DNA from: Candidatus Poribacteria bacterium
GTDB lineage: Bacteria > Poribacteria > WGA-4E > UBA9662
Direction of reading: 5' to 3'
Assembly: GCA_046582655.1 (NCBI GenBank)
Contig: JAYGDX010000275.1
Coordinates: forward strand, 1 to 23,913
DNA: 23,913 nucleotides
Shown: positions 7,263 through 16,865 of the stretch, in pieces
Numbering within the stretch: position 1 is the first letter of the stretch
How the letters are laid out: the number at the start of each line of letters is the position of its first letter
Notes under the pieces: generated by a model
What the model was told of the DNA's origin: nothing
Database searches by the model: none
Seen by the model: the letters and a program-made list of their open reading frames with translations, nothing else
Program-made: the position numbers and the translations under genes

Positions 7263-7481
7263 CTAATTTAATTTATAGGTTTTTGGTGATGTTGAAATTA
7301 AGCTGATCCAATCTCTTTGATCGGTATTAGCGCTATTTGCAAATTCATTGCAGATGCGTGAGAGGTTATCGATGAAAGCTACCCATTGGTTATTAGCATT
7401 GCTCTTACGTGAATGTGAATCAGCAAGTAGGAGAGCCTGCTCATAAAGGTTGGCTCGGTGCACCTGAGTTTTGATTGACAT
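7263..7481 (-). CDS. Small hypothetical protein (72 aa)
   Basis: ATG with upstream AAGGA, co-oriented with and 37 nt before pncB, preceded by a sigma54-like motif. No recognisable domain. Confidence 0.45.
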   Translation of the reverse strand: MSIKTQVHRANLYEQALLLADSHSRKSNANNQWVAFIDNLSRICNEFANSANTDQRDWISLISTSPKTYKLN

Positions 7482-7541
7482 CTTTAAATGTTTCCTTGGT
7501 GTTTACAATAGTCGACTGTTTTAAGTCAAACTAAAATACTG

Positions 7542-7557
7542 GCAATTTTAATGCCAA
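7542..7557 (-). promoter_or_regulatory. Putative sigma54 (-24/-12) promoter
   Basis: Minus strand TTGGCAT-TAAAA-TTGC, with GG-N10-GC spacing, compared with consensus TGGCAC-N5-TTGC. Confidence 0.45.
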
Positions 7558-7587
7558 ATCCTGAGTCTTGAAGGGCTTGCTTTCTAA

Positions 7588-7617
7588 TTGACACAGCCCG
7601 TAGAGGTTTGATATGCT
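7588..7617 (+). promoter_or_regulatory. Putative sigma70 promoter for the glnS cluster
   Basis: TTGACA (7588-7593), 18 nt ending in TGn, TATGCT (7612-7617). Confidence 0.6.
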
Positions 7618-7773
7618 TTTCAATTGCGATCTTTACACAATAACTAACTATGAAACTGGTCAAAAGGTAACACTTTTTTAGTTAAGAGATAATGATGCGA
7701 AAATTATAGTTACGTTTGTTTTACATATATTAGATAGAGCGCAGGAATTACATGGCAGGAGAGGAGACAGAGC

Positions 7774-9507
7774 ATGGGAGATAAAGCGGCTAATAGTGTT
7801 GACAATCACACCGAAAGCTTATCTGCAGGAAATTCTGCCGTTCCCACCGATTTTATCAGGCAAATTGTTGAAGAGGACGTAAGAATTAGTAAATATGATG
7901 GACGGGTTCATACCCGGTTTCCACCAGAGCCAAATGGCTATCTACATATTGGACATGCTACCTCCATTTGCCTTAATTTTGGTATTGCCGAAGATTTTGG
8001 TGGACTTTGCAATTTGCGATTTGATGACACTAACCCGATAGGTGAAAGCATAGAGTATGTGGAATCGATAAAGGAGGACATTCGCTGGCTTGGATTTGAT
8101 TGGGGAAATCGGGAATTCTACGCCTCGGACTATTTTGAACAGCTCTACGAATATGCCGTGAAACTGATTGGAAAAGGGGTAGCGTACGTTTGTGATCTGA
8201 GCCCAGGTGAAATTAGAAAATATCGTGGCACCCTAACTGAACCCGGTACGGATAGTCCATATCGTAGTCGCTCTGCTGAGGAGAACTTAGATTTGTTCGG
8301 GCGCATTCTGGCGGGTGAATTTCCGGATGGTTCTCGCACGCTCCGTGCAAAAATTAATATGGCCTCGCCAAATTTGAACATGCGAGATCCCGTCATGTAC
8401 CGTATTCTAAGGGCAACTCATTTCAGACAAGGTGACAAATGGTGCATCTATCCAATATATGACTTCACGCATGGCCAATCAGATTCTATTGAGGGAGTAA
8501 CCCACTCACTGTGCTCACAGGAATTTGAAGATCACCGTCCATTGTATGACTGGTATCTCGATGAATTAGAAATCTACCATCCACAACAGATTGAGTTTGC
8601 TCGGCGAAATCTTAGCTATGCCGTCATGAGTAAGCGAAAGTTGATTCAATTGGTGGAGGAAGGACATGTCAGTGGCTGGGATGACCCACGAATGCCAACG
8701 CTGTCAGGGTTGCGCAGGCGTGGTTACACACCGGAGGCAATTCGAGATTTTTGTGGTCGTATCGGGGTTGCTAAAAGTGATAATCTGGTTGATATAGCTA
8801 TGCTTGAGCATTGTATCCGTCAAGATTTGAATAAGCATGCGTTACGTGTGATGGCAGTGTTGCGTCCGCTTAAGGTTGTGATCAACAATTACCCTGAGGA
8901 ACAAACAGAGGAGTTGGAAGCTACCAACAATCCGGAAGATCTGAGCATGGGATCACGGAAGATCCCTTTTTCTCGTGAGCTTTATATCGAGCAGGAAGAT
9001 TTCATGGAATCTCCTTCCAAAAAGTACTTCCGTTTAGCTCCTGGGCGAGAAGTTCGGCTGATGCACGCATATTATGTCAAGTGTGAACGCGTAGTTAAAG
9101 ATGAAAAAACTGGCGAGGTGCTTGAAGTTCATTGTACCTACGATCCTGAAACTCGGGGTGGCTGGTCTGAAAATGGTCGCAAAGTCAAAGGAACGTTGCA
9201 TTGGGTATCTGCTAACCACTCGCTTGAAGCTGAAGTCCGTTTGTACGATCATCTCTTTTTGAAAGAGAACCCGGATGATGTGGAAGATGGTGATGATTTT
9301 AAATCAAATTTGAATCCAAATTCTTTGGAGATCTTGACTTCATGTCAGATTGAACCGAGTTTAATGGATGTAAATTCCGGTGATCGCTATCAATTTTTAA
9401 GGCAAGGCTATTTCTGCGTTGATCCCGATTCTTCTGCTGAAAAACCTGTTTTCAACCGGACAGCATCGTTACGCGATACATGGGCCAAAATCCAAAAGAA
9501 CAGATAA
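7774..9507 (+). CDS. glnS: Glutamine--tRNA ligase
   Basis: [38 protein letters not shown] and QFLRQGYF motifs; GAGGAG RBS. Confidence 0.98.
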   Translation: MGDKAANSVDNHTESLSAGNSAVPTDFIRQIVEEDVRISKYDGRVHTRFPPEPNGYLHIGHATSICLNFGIAEDFGGLCNLRFDDTNPIGESIEYVESIKEDIRWLGFDWGNREFYASDYFEQLYEYAVKLIGKGVAYVCDLSPGEIRKYRGTLTEPGTDSPYRSRSAEENLDLFGRILAGEFPDGSRTLRAKINMASPNLNMRDPVMYRILRATHFRQGDKWCIYPIYDFTHGQSDSIEGVTHSLCSQEFEDHRPLYDWYLDELEIYHPQQIEFARRNLSYAVMSKRKLIQLVEEGHVSGWDDPRMPTLSGLRRRGYTPEAIRDFCGRIGVAKSDNLVDIAMLEHCIRQDLNKHALRVMAVLRPLKVVINNYPEEQTEELEATNNPEDLSMGSRKIPFSRELYIEQEDFMESPSKKYFRLAPGREVRLMHAYYVKCERVVKDEKTGEVLEVHCTYDPETRGGWSENGRKVKGTLHWVSANHSLEAEVRLYDHLFLKENPDDVEDGDDFKSNLNPNSLEILTSCQIEPSLMDVNSGDRYQFLRQGYFCVDPDSSAEKPVFNRTASLRDTWAKIQKNR

Positions 9508-9523
9508 TCTTGGAAAATCGAAA

Positions 9524-10564
9524 TTGAATGAGACCAATAATAAAGCAATCAGAATCGGTGTTATTGGGGCTGGAGCTTTTGCCTCGCGCCGGCACTTGCC
9601 GTCTTTGGTAGAGTCGAGTGATGCTGAGATAGTTGCGCTTTGCCGACGAAATCAGGAAATGCTCGTCAAAATGGCAGATCATTTTAATGTTGAGAGAACA
9701 TTTACCGATTATTGTGCCATGCTTGATAATGTGGAGATGGACGGCGTTCTGGTTGCGTCACCACATGCTCTGCATTATGAACATGCTAAGACTGCTCTGG
9801 AACGCAATCTCCACGTGTTGATCGAAAAGCCAATGACAGTTAGATCTGATGAAGCAAGGGATCTGATCGTGTTAGCTGAAGCAAAGAAACGTGTGCTACT
9901 TATTGCGCTGAATCCACCGTACTGGGCGCACGGGTTGTTTCTCCAAAAAGCTATTCAGGATGGAGAGATTGGTGAAATTGAAGCAATCAATATAAACTGG
10001 GTGGGTGATGTACGGGAAGTTTATGGGAAAATTCCGTTCCCTGCAAATCTACCCGGCGTTGTGCCTCCCACTACCTTTCGAGCTGATCCAAAAATGGCGG
10101 GCGGTGGGCATCTGTTGGATGGCGGATCGCATTTAGTTTGCGAAATTCTATGGGCAACCAAATTGCGTCCAATTGCGGTTTCTGCAGTTATGGATGATGC
10201 CGACACCGATCTAAGATGTGCAGTCAACCTCAGACTGGAAAATGGGGCTTTTTGTACGATCTCTCTGGTTGGTGATAGCGAAGTCAGGCGCCGGTTTCAT
10301 AGTACGTACTTTGGATCGAAAGGTACACTGATTGTGGACGGGATACCGTTTAAAGTTACCATGCAAAAACCCGATGGTGAATTATTGGTACACGAAGAGG
10401 ATCAGATGGAAACGCCTCAGCAGCCAGTGGATAATTTTATTGATGCCATTCTTGGTCGCGCCCAACCTCTCTCAACAGGAGATGATGGTCTGCGTGTCGT
10501 TGAAGTGATTGAGGCCGCATATCAGTCGAGCCGAACAGGGAAAATTATATCACTGTCGCTTTAA
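9524..10564 (+). CDS. Gfo/Idh/MocA family oxidoreductase (start adjusted to TTG 9524 to avoid overlap with glnS)
   Basis: IRIGVIGAG Rossmann motif, HVLIEKPM and GGGHLLDGGSH. Confidence 0.92.
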   Translation: MNETNNKAIRIGVIGAGAFASRRHLPSLVESSDAEIVALCRRNQEMLVKMADHFNVERTFTDYCAMLDNVEMDGVLVASPHALHYEHAKTALERNLHVLIEKPMTVRSDEARDLIVLAEAKKRVLLIALNPPYWAHGLFLQKAIQDGEIGEIEAININWVGDVREVYGKIPFPANLPGVVPPTTFRADPKMAGGGHLLDGGSHLVCEILWATKLRPIAVSAVMDDADTDLRCAVNLRLENGAFCTISLVGDSEVRRRFHSTYFGSKGTLIVDGIPFKVTMQKPDGELLVHEEDQMETPQQPVDNFIDAILGRAQPLSTGDDGLRVVEVIEAAYQSSRTGKIISLSL

Positions 10565-10609
10565 GATCAGGCGTTTAATGTTGTTTACTTGATATAGAAG
10601 ACATTACAA

Positions 10610-12103
10610 ATGGAAACGAATTCGTCGGTTCGAGTACGCTTTGCCCCTTCGCCAACAGGGTTTTTGCATGTTGGTGGAGCACGTACAGCGTTGTTCAATT
10701 GGCTCTTTGCAAGACATCACGGAGGAATTTATATTCTTAGAATCGATGATACCGATGAACAAAGATCAACACAGGAATCGATGCAACAGATTTACGATTC
10801 ACTGAGATGGCTAGGATTAGACTGGGATGAAGGAGCGATTATCGGCGGGGACTATCAACCGTATGTCCAGTCCGAGCGAGGAGAGATCTATCAAAGATAT
10901 ATCCAGAAGTTGCTTGATAGCGGTGATGCTTACCATTGCTACTGCACACAGGAAGAATTGTCGCAGATGCGCGAACAGGCACGGGCGGAAAATAGCAACC
11001 AGTCTTATAATGGAAAATGTCGTAATTTAACGGTGGAAGATCATCGGAAGTTTGAGGCAGAAGGACGTAAATCAACTGTACGTATCAGAGTACCCAATCA
11101 GCCGGTTGTGGTTCAAGATCTAATATTGGGCGAAACCAAAGTCGGCCCTTCGTCTCTGCAAGATGAAGTAATTGTCAAGTCAAATGGGATGCCGCTTTAT
11201 AATTTGACTTCAATTGTTGATGATATTGAAATGCAGATTACTCACGTGATTCGTGGGGCAGACCACCTGAATAATACTTCAAAGCAAATGATTATTGCTA
11301 ACGCACTTGGTACTGAACCGCCACAGTTTGCTCATCTACCAATGGTACTTGGTAGCAGCAAAGGCGAGAAACTTAGTAAGCGACACGGAGCTACTTCTGT
11401 TGATCAGTACAGAAAAGATGGATTTATACCTGAGGCACTGGTTAATTTTCTGGTTCGGCTTGGTTGGTCGCTTGATGACAAGACAGAAATTTTTTCCATT
11501 GATGATATGATTGACAACTTTAGCCTTGATCGGATTGGTAAAAGTGGAAGCGTATTTGATGTTAAGAGATTAGAATGGCTCAATAACCACTACATCTTGA
11601 AACTTAATCTGGCTGAAAGAACTTCTGCCCTGATTCCATTTCTGCAGCGGGATGGTTTGCTTGAAGACAAGATTGCTGATGAAGAACTATCTTGGCTTGA
11701 GAAAATTGTGGAATCGGTTGGTGACCGGCTTACCACATTGGCTGACATAACCACTTATGCTAGGTTCTTCTTTACCGATGATTTTGACTATCATCCGAAG
11801 GATGTTAAAAAATGGCTAACAAAAGGCGATCCAGTTACTGTTCTTTCAGGAGTGCGTGATACGCTGTTGGATATTGAAAATTTTGAGTCCGAAACGGTCG
11901 GGACCAAAGTTAAAGCCTATTTGGATGGACTTGAGGTGAAAAGAATTCAAGTGATGCAACCTTTGCGGCTTGCACTTTCTGGTCAGACATTTGGACCTGA
12001 TTTATTTGCTATTATCATTTTGCTTGGTCAGGAAAAGACAATTTCTAGGATCAATCGATTAATTGACTATATCTCGACCACCGGTGAAGGGAGAGTAAGC
12101 TAA
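10610..12103 (+). CDS. gltX: Glutamate--tRNA ligase
   Basis: RVRFAPSPTGFLHVGG, LRIDDTD, CYC zinc region, THVIRGADH and KLSKRHG. Confidence 0.98.
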   Translation: METNSSVRVRFAPSPTGFLHVGGARTALFNWLFARHHGGIYILRIDDTDEQRSTQESMQQIYDSLRWLGLDWDEGAIIGGDYQPYVQSERGEIYQRYIQKLLDSGDAYHCYCTQEELSQMREQARAENSNQSYNGKCRNLTVEDHRKFEAEGRKSTVRIRVPNQPVVVQDLILGETKVGPSSLQDEVIVKSNGMPLYNLTSIVDDIEMQITHVIRGADHLNNTSKQMIIANALGTEPPQFAHLPMVLGSSKGEKLSKRHGATSVDQYRKDGFIPEALVNFLVRLGWSLDDKTEIFSIDDMIDNFSLDRIGKSGSVFDVKRLEWLNNHYILKLNLAERTSALIPFLQRDGLLEDKIADEELSWLEKIVESVGDRLTTLADITTYARFFFTDDFDYHPKDVKKWLTKGDPVTVLSGVRDTLLDIENFESETVGTKVKAYLDGLEVKRIQVMQPLRLALSGQTFGPDLFAIIILLGQEKTISRINRLIDYISTTGEGRVS

Positions 12104-12105
12104 AT

Positions 12106-13125
12106 ATGGAACAGTTGCTGGAGCATTTGATCAAAGATCTTCCTAATTTGTTTTTATTTCTGGTGATTGCCGGGACGCTTTACACAGTTGGGAAGGGAGC
12201 AGATATACTTGTTGAAGAGGCAGTAGATCTCTCGAAAAAATGGGGGGTACCCAAGGTCTTAATCGGTGCTACCATCGTTAGTCTCGGTACAACATTACCT
12301 GAAGCAGTGGTCTCAGTTCTAGCGGCCGTTAAAGGGCTGCCCGATCTCGCGCTTGGCAACGCCGTTGGATCAATTATCTGCGATACCGGCTTAATATTGG
12401 GTATAGCGGCGATTATTTCGCCACTGCCTCTAAACAGAGAGATGGTAAATCGTCAGGGATGGCTTCAGTTTGGTGCTGGCTGTTTATTAGTAGTTGGCTG
12501 TTTACCACTTAGCTCATTAGAAACCATTTTTGAAAAAGGGGGGCAACTCCCACAAAGTTTCGGTTTCATCTTCCTAATTTTACTTGCTGTCTATTTATGG
12601 TTCACGATTCGTTGGTCCAGTGGGCCAAGTACGGAAACTGATGAAATGGAAGTTGACCATGGTTCCAACTCAATCCTTGCACTTATTAAGCTGGTATTTG
12701 GCATTGCCTTGGTTGTAATCTCTTCGTGGGTACTGATTCCTGCTGTTCTGGAAGTGGCAGAACGAGTTCATGTTCCTGAGAGCATTATCGCTGCTACCCT
12801 TGTTGCGTTTGGAACTTCGTTGCCTGAGTTGGTTACAGCGGTGACTGCAGCCAGAAAAGGGCATGGGGAGCTAGCGATTGGTAATGTTATAGGAGCGGAC
12901 ATTTTAAATGTTTTGTTTGTTGCTGGTGCCTCGGCGGCTATCACGAATGGTGGGTTAACCGCTCCCCCACATTTCTTCCGTCTTTTGTTCCCAGCTATGT
13001 TGTTCGTATTACTGGTCTTCCGAATTGGTATCTTCGTCTCTGGAACTGCTTTCAAGCGCCCTTTTGGATTTGTTCTAGTTTCCGCTTACATTATTGTAAC
13101 TGTACTTAGCTATGTAGCTATGTGA
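12106..13125 (+). CDS. Calcium/sodium antiporter (CaCA, YrbG-like)
   Basis: Two alpha repeats, GTTLPE..GNAVGS and GTSLPE..GNVIGA, with about 10 TM segments. Confidence 0.93.
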   Translation: MEQLLEHLIKDLPNLFLFLVIAGTLYTVGKGADILVEEAVDLSKKWGVPKVLIGATIVSLGTTLPEAVVSVLAAVKGLPDLALGNAVGSIICDTGLILGIAAIISPLPLNREMVNRQGWLQFGAGCLLVVGCLPLSSLETIFEKGGQLPQSFGFIFLILLAVYLWFTIRWSSGPSTETDEMEVDHGSNSILALIKLVFGIALVVISSWVLIPAVLEVAERVHVPESIIAATLVAFGTSLPELVTAVTAARKGHGELAIGNVIGADILNVLFVAGASAAITNGGLTAPPHFFRLLFPAMLFVLLVFRIGIFVSGTAFKRPFGFVLVSAYIIVTVLSYVAM

Positions 13126-13318
13126 TGAAATAGGATCTCATGGTTTTTTGCTCCTTACTCAAGTTGAGCATATGAAAACGACAGGGATCGATTAAGTGCT
13201 ATGGATCTTCATAGCTGTAACGTTTTTTGGAACAGACACTGGATAATAAGCGTTTGGTTTTGTGGATTATCCAAATAGGATAATCTGTCTAATTAAACAG
13301 GATTTTGAGGTGTTTTAT

Positions 13319-14272
13319 ATGTCCAAGCGTTATGCGTATGTGGTGATTTGCCTGAAGGAATCGAAAAGTCGTTGGTCTGTCAGTTTTAAATCTTTAGGCA
13401 GCTCCGTTCCAGCAGAAATTCTGCAGTTACCCAATCTCTCCCAACCTTTAACGCCAGCGTCGTGTCGTAAGCTAGATCTTAATCCAGTTGATTACTTCCG
13501 CCGGATTTTTCGCGATATGCCTGAGATGTTGCGTAGCTATAGGTCTCGGATTGTTAATCGGGTACGTAATAATCTGAATCAGCTTGGAATTGGTCAGTCA
13601 TGCCACGTGAAAGTAGTATATATAGACTGCGGTGGAGGTATAGCTCCCTATAATTATAATATAGATCTACTTGATGACGTTTCTACCGATCCATATGAAT
13701 TGAATAAGGCGGTCTACGCTGACGTAAGTACAAAACAAGAGGCCGTTATTGGGCAGGAACAACCTCAGCAGGATTTATTGTCTTCTGATTGTGAAATCTC
13801 ATCTCATCCTGAAAATGATTTTTCGGATGTATTAATGCAGTTGACTCAGGATTTTACTGAGCTCCAAGCAGATTTGGAAAGTCTAAAACGACAAATAGCA
13901 AACCAGGACTTGCAGTCGTTAGAAAACACAGATACAATTAGGAGTTGCGTTGCTCTGCCTGACCCGGGTTGGTCGTTTGAATCGGAGGAACTGGTTGGTT
14001 CCGAACTGCATAGTCCAAAGATTGGTTATGCCATGGGAAATCCGACAGGGATTCAATTGAGCCGTGAGGAAAATTTTGTCTTAAGGTACTTGTCTGAACA
14101 CCAAGTGGCATCCGAATCCACATTACAGACTCAATGTCAAATTGAGAATCCGATTTCGGTAATGACCAGTTTAATGGCTAAAGTTGAACGGGGGAATTTA
14201 CCCCAGATTTCTTCTAAAACGGGCGATGATGGAGAAATGATTTATATTTGGGATCGGCCATGTCACCAGTAG
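13319..14272 (+). CDS. Hypothetical protein with central coiled coil and possible C-terminal winged helix
   Basis: Long ORF; ATG 13319 has a GAGGTG RBS, so it is preferred over GTG 13262. Heptad segment LMQLTQDFTELQADLESLKRQI. Confidence 0.7.
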   Translation: MSKRYAYVVICLKESKSRWSVSFKSLGSSVPAEILQLPNLSQPLTPASCRKLDLNPVDYFRRIFRDMPEMLRSYRSRIVNRVRNNLNQLGIGQSCHVKVVYIDCGGGIAPYNYNIDLLDDVSTDPYELNKAVYADVSTKQEAVIGQEQPQQDLLSSDCEISSHPENDFSDVLMQLTQDFTELQADLESLKRQIANQDLQSLENTDTIRSCVALPDPGWSFESEELVGSELHSPKIGYAMGNPTGIQLSREENFVLRYLSEHQVASESTLQTQCQIENPISVMTSLMAKVERGNLPQISSKTGDDGEMIYIWDRPCHQ

Positions 14273-14314
14273 GTAGAAGATAAATTATAACTATGTTTTC
14301 AAGGAGCCTAGAAC

Positions 14315-15088
14315 ATGGCCAATATTGTTGCATGCAACTTAGGAAGTTATCGTGGACAATTCAGCAGGCAGGAAGCCTATGGGCATCTTAATCAGATCGG
14401 TTTGACCAACGTTGAAGTCGGTACACCAGCACCGCAAGAAATAGGTTCTGTACTGGAAGAGCTGGATTCATATGGATTGACGGCAACAACAATTACAGCA
14501 TCGCATGATGTTAAGAGTGAGAATTTTGTTTCAGACTTTCAGAAAACTCTAGAGGCTACACGTAAAATGGAAGTGAACCGAATATTTCTTAGTGCACATG
14601 GCGGCGATTTACCGAGAGAAGTGGTTTTCAACCGGTTAAGGGAACTCGGTGAAAACGCACAGAAACTGGGAATCATCATCTGCTTAGAAACGCATCCTGA
14701 TTTAGCAAACAACGGAGATGTTGCACTTGAGACGATGAATGGTGTCAATCATCCCGGTATAGGAATTAACTTTGATACTGCTAACGTCCACTACCATACC
14801 AACCGTGAAATTGATACCGTTGAGGAAATTCAAAAGGTTTTAGGTTATGTCAAGGCTGTACACTTGAAAGATACTATGGGTGGGTATCATGCTTGGAAAT
14901 TCCCCGCTTTGGGTGAAGGTGTTGTTAACTTTAAGTCAGTTTTTGAGTTGTTGAATGGTTATGGATTCAATGGGCCGTTCACCATGGAATTGGAAGGAGT
15001 TGAGGGAGAGGATCTTGATCGGGCCGGAGTTCTAGCCAGAGTAGAACAGTCTTTTCAATATCTCAAAGACATTGGTGTGGTAAGTTGA
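14315..15088 (+). CDS. Sugar phosphate isomerase/epimerase (xylose isomerase-like TIM barrel)
   Basis: CLETH, NFDTAN, VHLKD, GEGVVNF and TMELE metal ligands; AAGGAG RBS. Confidence 0.92.
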   Translation: MANIVACNLGSYRGQFSRQEAYGHLNQIGLTNVEVGTPAPQEIGSVLEELDSYGLTATTITASHDVKSENFVSDFQKTLEATRKMEVNRIFLSAHGGDLPREVVFNRLRELGENAQKLGIIICLETHPDLANNGDVALETMNGVNHPGIGINFDTANVHYHTNREIDTVEEIQKVLGYVKAVHLKDTMGGYHAWKFPALGEGVVNFKSVFELLNGYGFNGPFTMELEGVEGEDLDRAGVLARVEQSFQYLKDIGVVS

Positions 15089-15181
15089 TCCTATGGTTTA
15101 ACATAGATCTATCATTAAGTGTGCGTGTAAACTTTTCGCAGTATGTCATGATTAGAAGACACTCTCTGGTAGAGGACAAAC

Positions 15182-16021
15182 TTGTTGAAGTTTCTGATTA
15201 TTGATGGATATCCAAAGCCCAACCGTGAGCAGTTTGAGTTGGTGGGTATGACATGCGCTGGTCAATTATATGCTAATCTGCTGTTGCTATATGTAGCCGA
15301 TGCAGAATATAAAATATTATACATCAGTGATGATGCGGCTGAAATTCCAACTGAAGAAGAAATTAGGCAATACGATGGTATTCTGTGGCCGGGATGCAAC
15401 TTGACTGTCTATCATACTGACGATCAACGTGTACGAAAGATGATTTTGATTGTTGATATGGCCTATCAGGTTGGTACGCCCCAGTTTGGTAGTTGCTGGG
15501 CGGCTCAGATTGCCATACACGTGGCTGGCGGTGAAGTGAAGCCTAATCCAAAAGGGAGGGAGATGGGGGTAGCACGAAAAATACATCTTACCCCTGATGG
15601 GAAAGATCATCCGATGTATTATGGAAAACCTGAAGTGTTTGATGGATTCATTAGCCACGATGATGAAATTATTCGTTTGCCAGACGGTGCCAAGTGGTTG
15701 GCATCAAATGATTTTACTCGGATCCAAGCAGTTTCCGTTACTTACAAGAATGGAAATTTCTGGGCAATCCAGTACCATCCGGAATATGATCTCCGGGAAA
15801 TGGCTAAATTAATTGTTGCCCGGCGGGAAAAACTGATGTGTGAGGGGTACTTCACATCCGATGATGACGTGCTAGCGTACGTGCATGACTTGGAAACTAT
15901 TGCCCAAGATCCGTCACGGAAGGATCTATGTTGGAAATATGCTATTGATGATGATTTGCTGGATGATTCTATTCGGCAGATCGAATTTATGAATTGGCTA
16001 AATGATCAAGTTTTGAGCTAG
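15182..16021 (+). CDS. Class I glutamine amidotransferase (stand-alone, GMP synthase GAT-like)
   Basis: GSCWAAQ nucleophile elbow, GREMG, SHDDE and QYHPE triad; GAGGA RBS before TTG. Confidence 0.92.
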   Translation: MLKFLIIDGYPKPNREQFELVGMTCAGQLYANLLLLYVADAEYKILYISDDAAEIPTEEEIRQYDGILWPGCNLTVYHTDDQRVRKMILIVDMAYQVGTPQFGSCWAAQIAIHVAGGEVKPNPKGREMGVARKIHLTPDGKDHPMYYGKPEVFDGFISHDDEIIRLPDGAKWLASNDFTRIQAVSVTYKNGNFWAIQYHPEYDLREMAKLIVARREKLMCEGYFTSDDDVLAYVHDLETIAQDPSRKDLCWKYAIDDDLLDDSIRQIEFMNWLNDQVLS

Positions 16022-16097
16022 ATAGACATCGAGTCAAGGAAAATTAGGTTAACATAACAGTTGGCTATTTGGGTGTTCACAGTTTAATTTACTGGGG

Positions 16098-16844
16098 CTA
16101 CAACTGCTTCAAGATTTCGGTTAATTCTGCATAGTTTCTGCATATGGCGTCGGCACGTGTTTGATCGCTTAGGTCACGATCATTAGCACCTGTATAGAGA
16201 ACTGATTTGGCTCTGACCCTGACTGCACCGTCAATATCCGTTTTTTCGCGGTCACCAATATGTAGGATCTCGTTTGTTGAAACTTCTAGTGTTTCGGCAG
16301 CTTTTTTGAATACGACAGGGCTTGGTTTAGATCTGCCCACTTCATCTGAGAAGATGAAACTGCTAAAGTACTGAATAATTCCCCAGTTTTGCAACATTTT
16401 CTTTATGCCACGTCCTGGTGTATGGATGGTATCTGAAATAATACCGAGTTTGTAGTCTGTAGCAAGGCTGGCAATGACTTTGGCAATATTATCCACCGGA
16501 TACGGTGGAATCAGGACTTCCATTTCTTCGATCGCTTTTACAAAGACGTCGAAACTCGGCGTAAGCTCAATTTCTAAGAACCTATATCCTTCTCGAAAGC
16601 GATCCACAACTGGAAGTGTTATGTGCTTCTGTTTCCAGAGATTGGTGAAATTTTCATTTGCGTGTTGAAATGCTTTGCCTATTTGGGAAAGATTGATTTC
16701 TGAATGATATCTTAAGATCTCGTCGGCAAAAAGTTGAAGTCGTGCTTGTACTTTGGTTGGTAGTCCAACATCTTTTCGCTTTAATTCGTCTGATTCGTCA
16801 ATAGCGATTGTATCCCAGAAATCGAATGTAATAGCTTGAACCAT
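16098..16844 (-). CDS. HAD-superfamily hydrolase (subfamily IA)
   Basis: TFDFWDT, IISDT, SKP and HIGD...DIDGA motifs. Confidence 0.92.
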   Translation of the reverse strand: MVQAITFDFWDTIAIDESDELKRKDVGLPTKVQARLQLFADEILRYHSEINLSQIGKAFQHANENFTNLWKQKHITLPVVDRFREGYRFLEIELTPSFDVFVKAIEEMEVLIPPYPVDNIAKVIASLATDYKLGIISDTIHTPGRGIKKMLQNWGIIQYFSSFIFSDEVGRSKPSPVVFKKAAETLEVSTNEILHIGDREKTDIDGAVRVRAKSVLYTGANDRDLSDQTRADAICRNYAELTEILKQL

Positions 16845-16865
16845 TTTATTATATTATTTTTGGGG

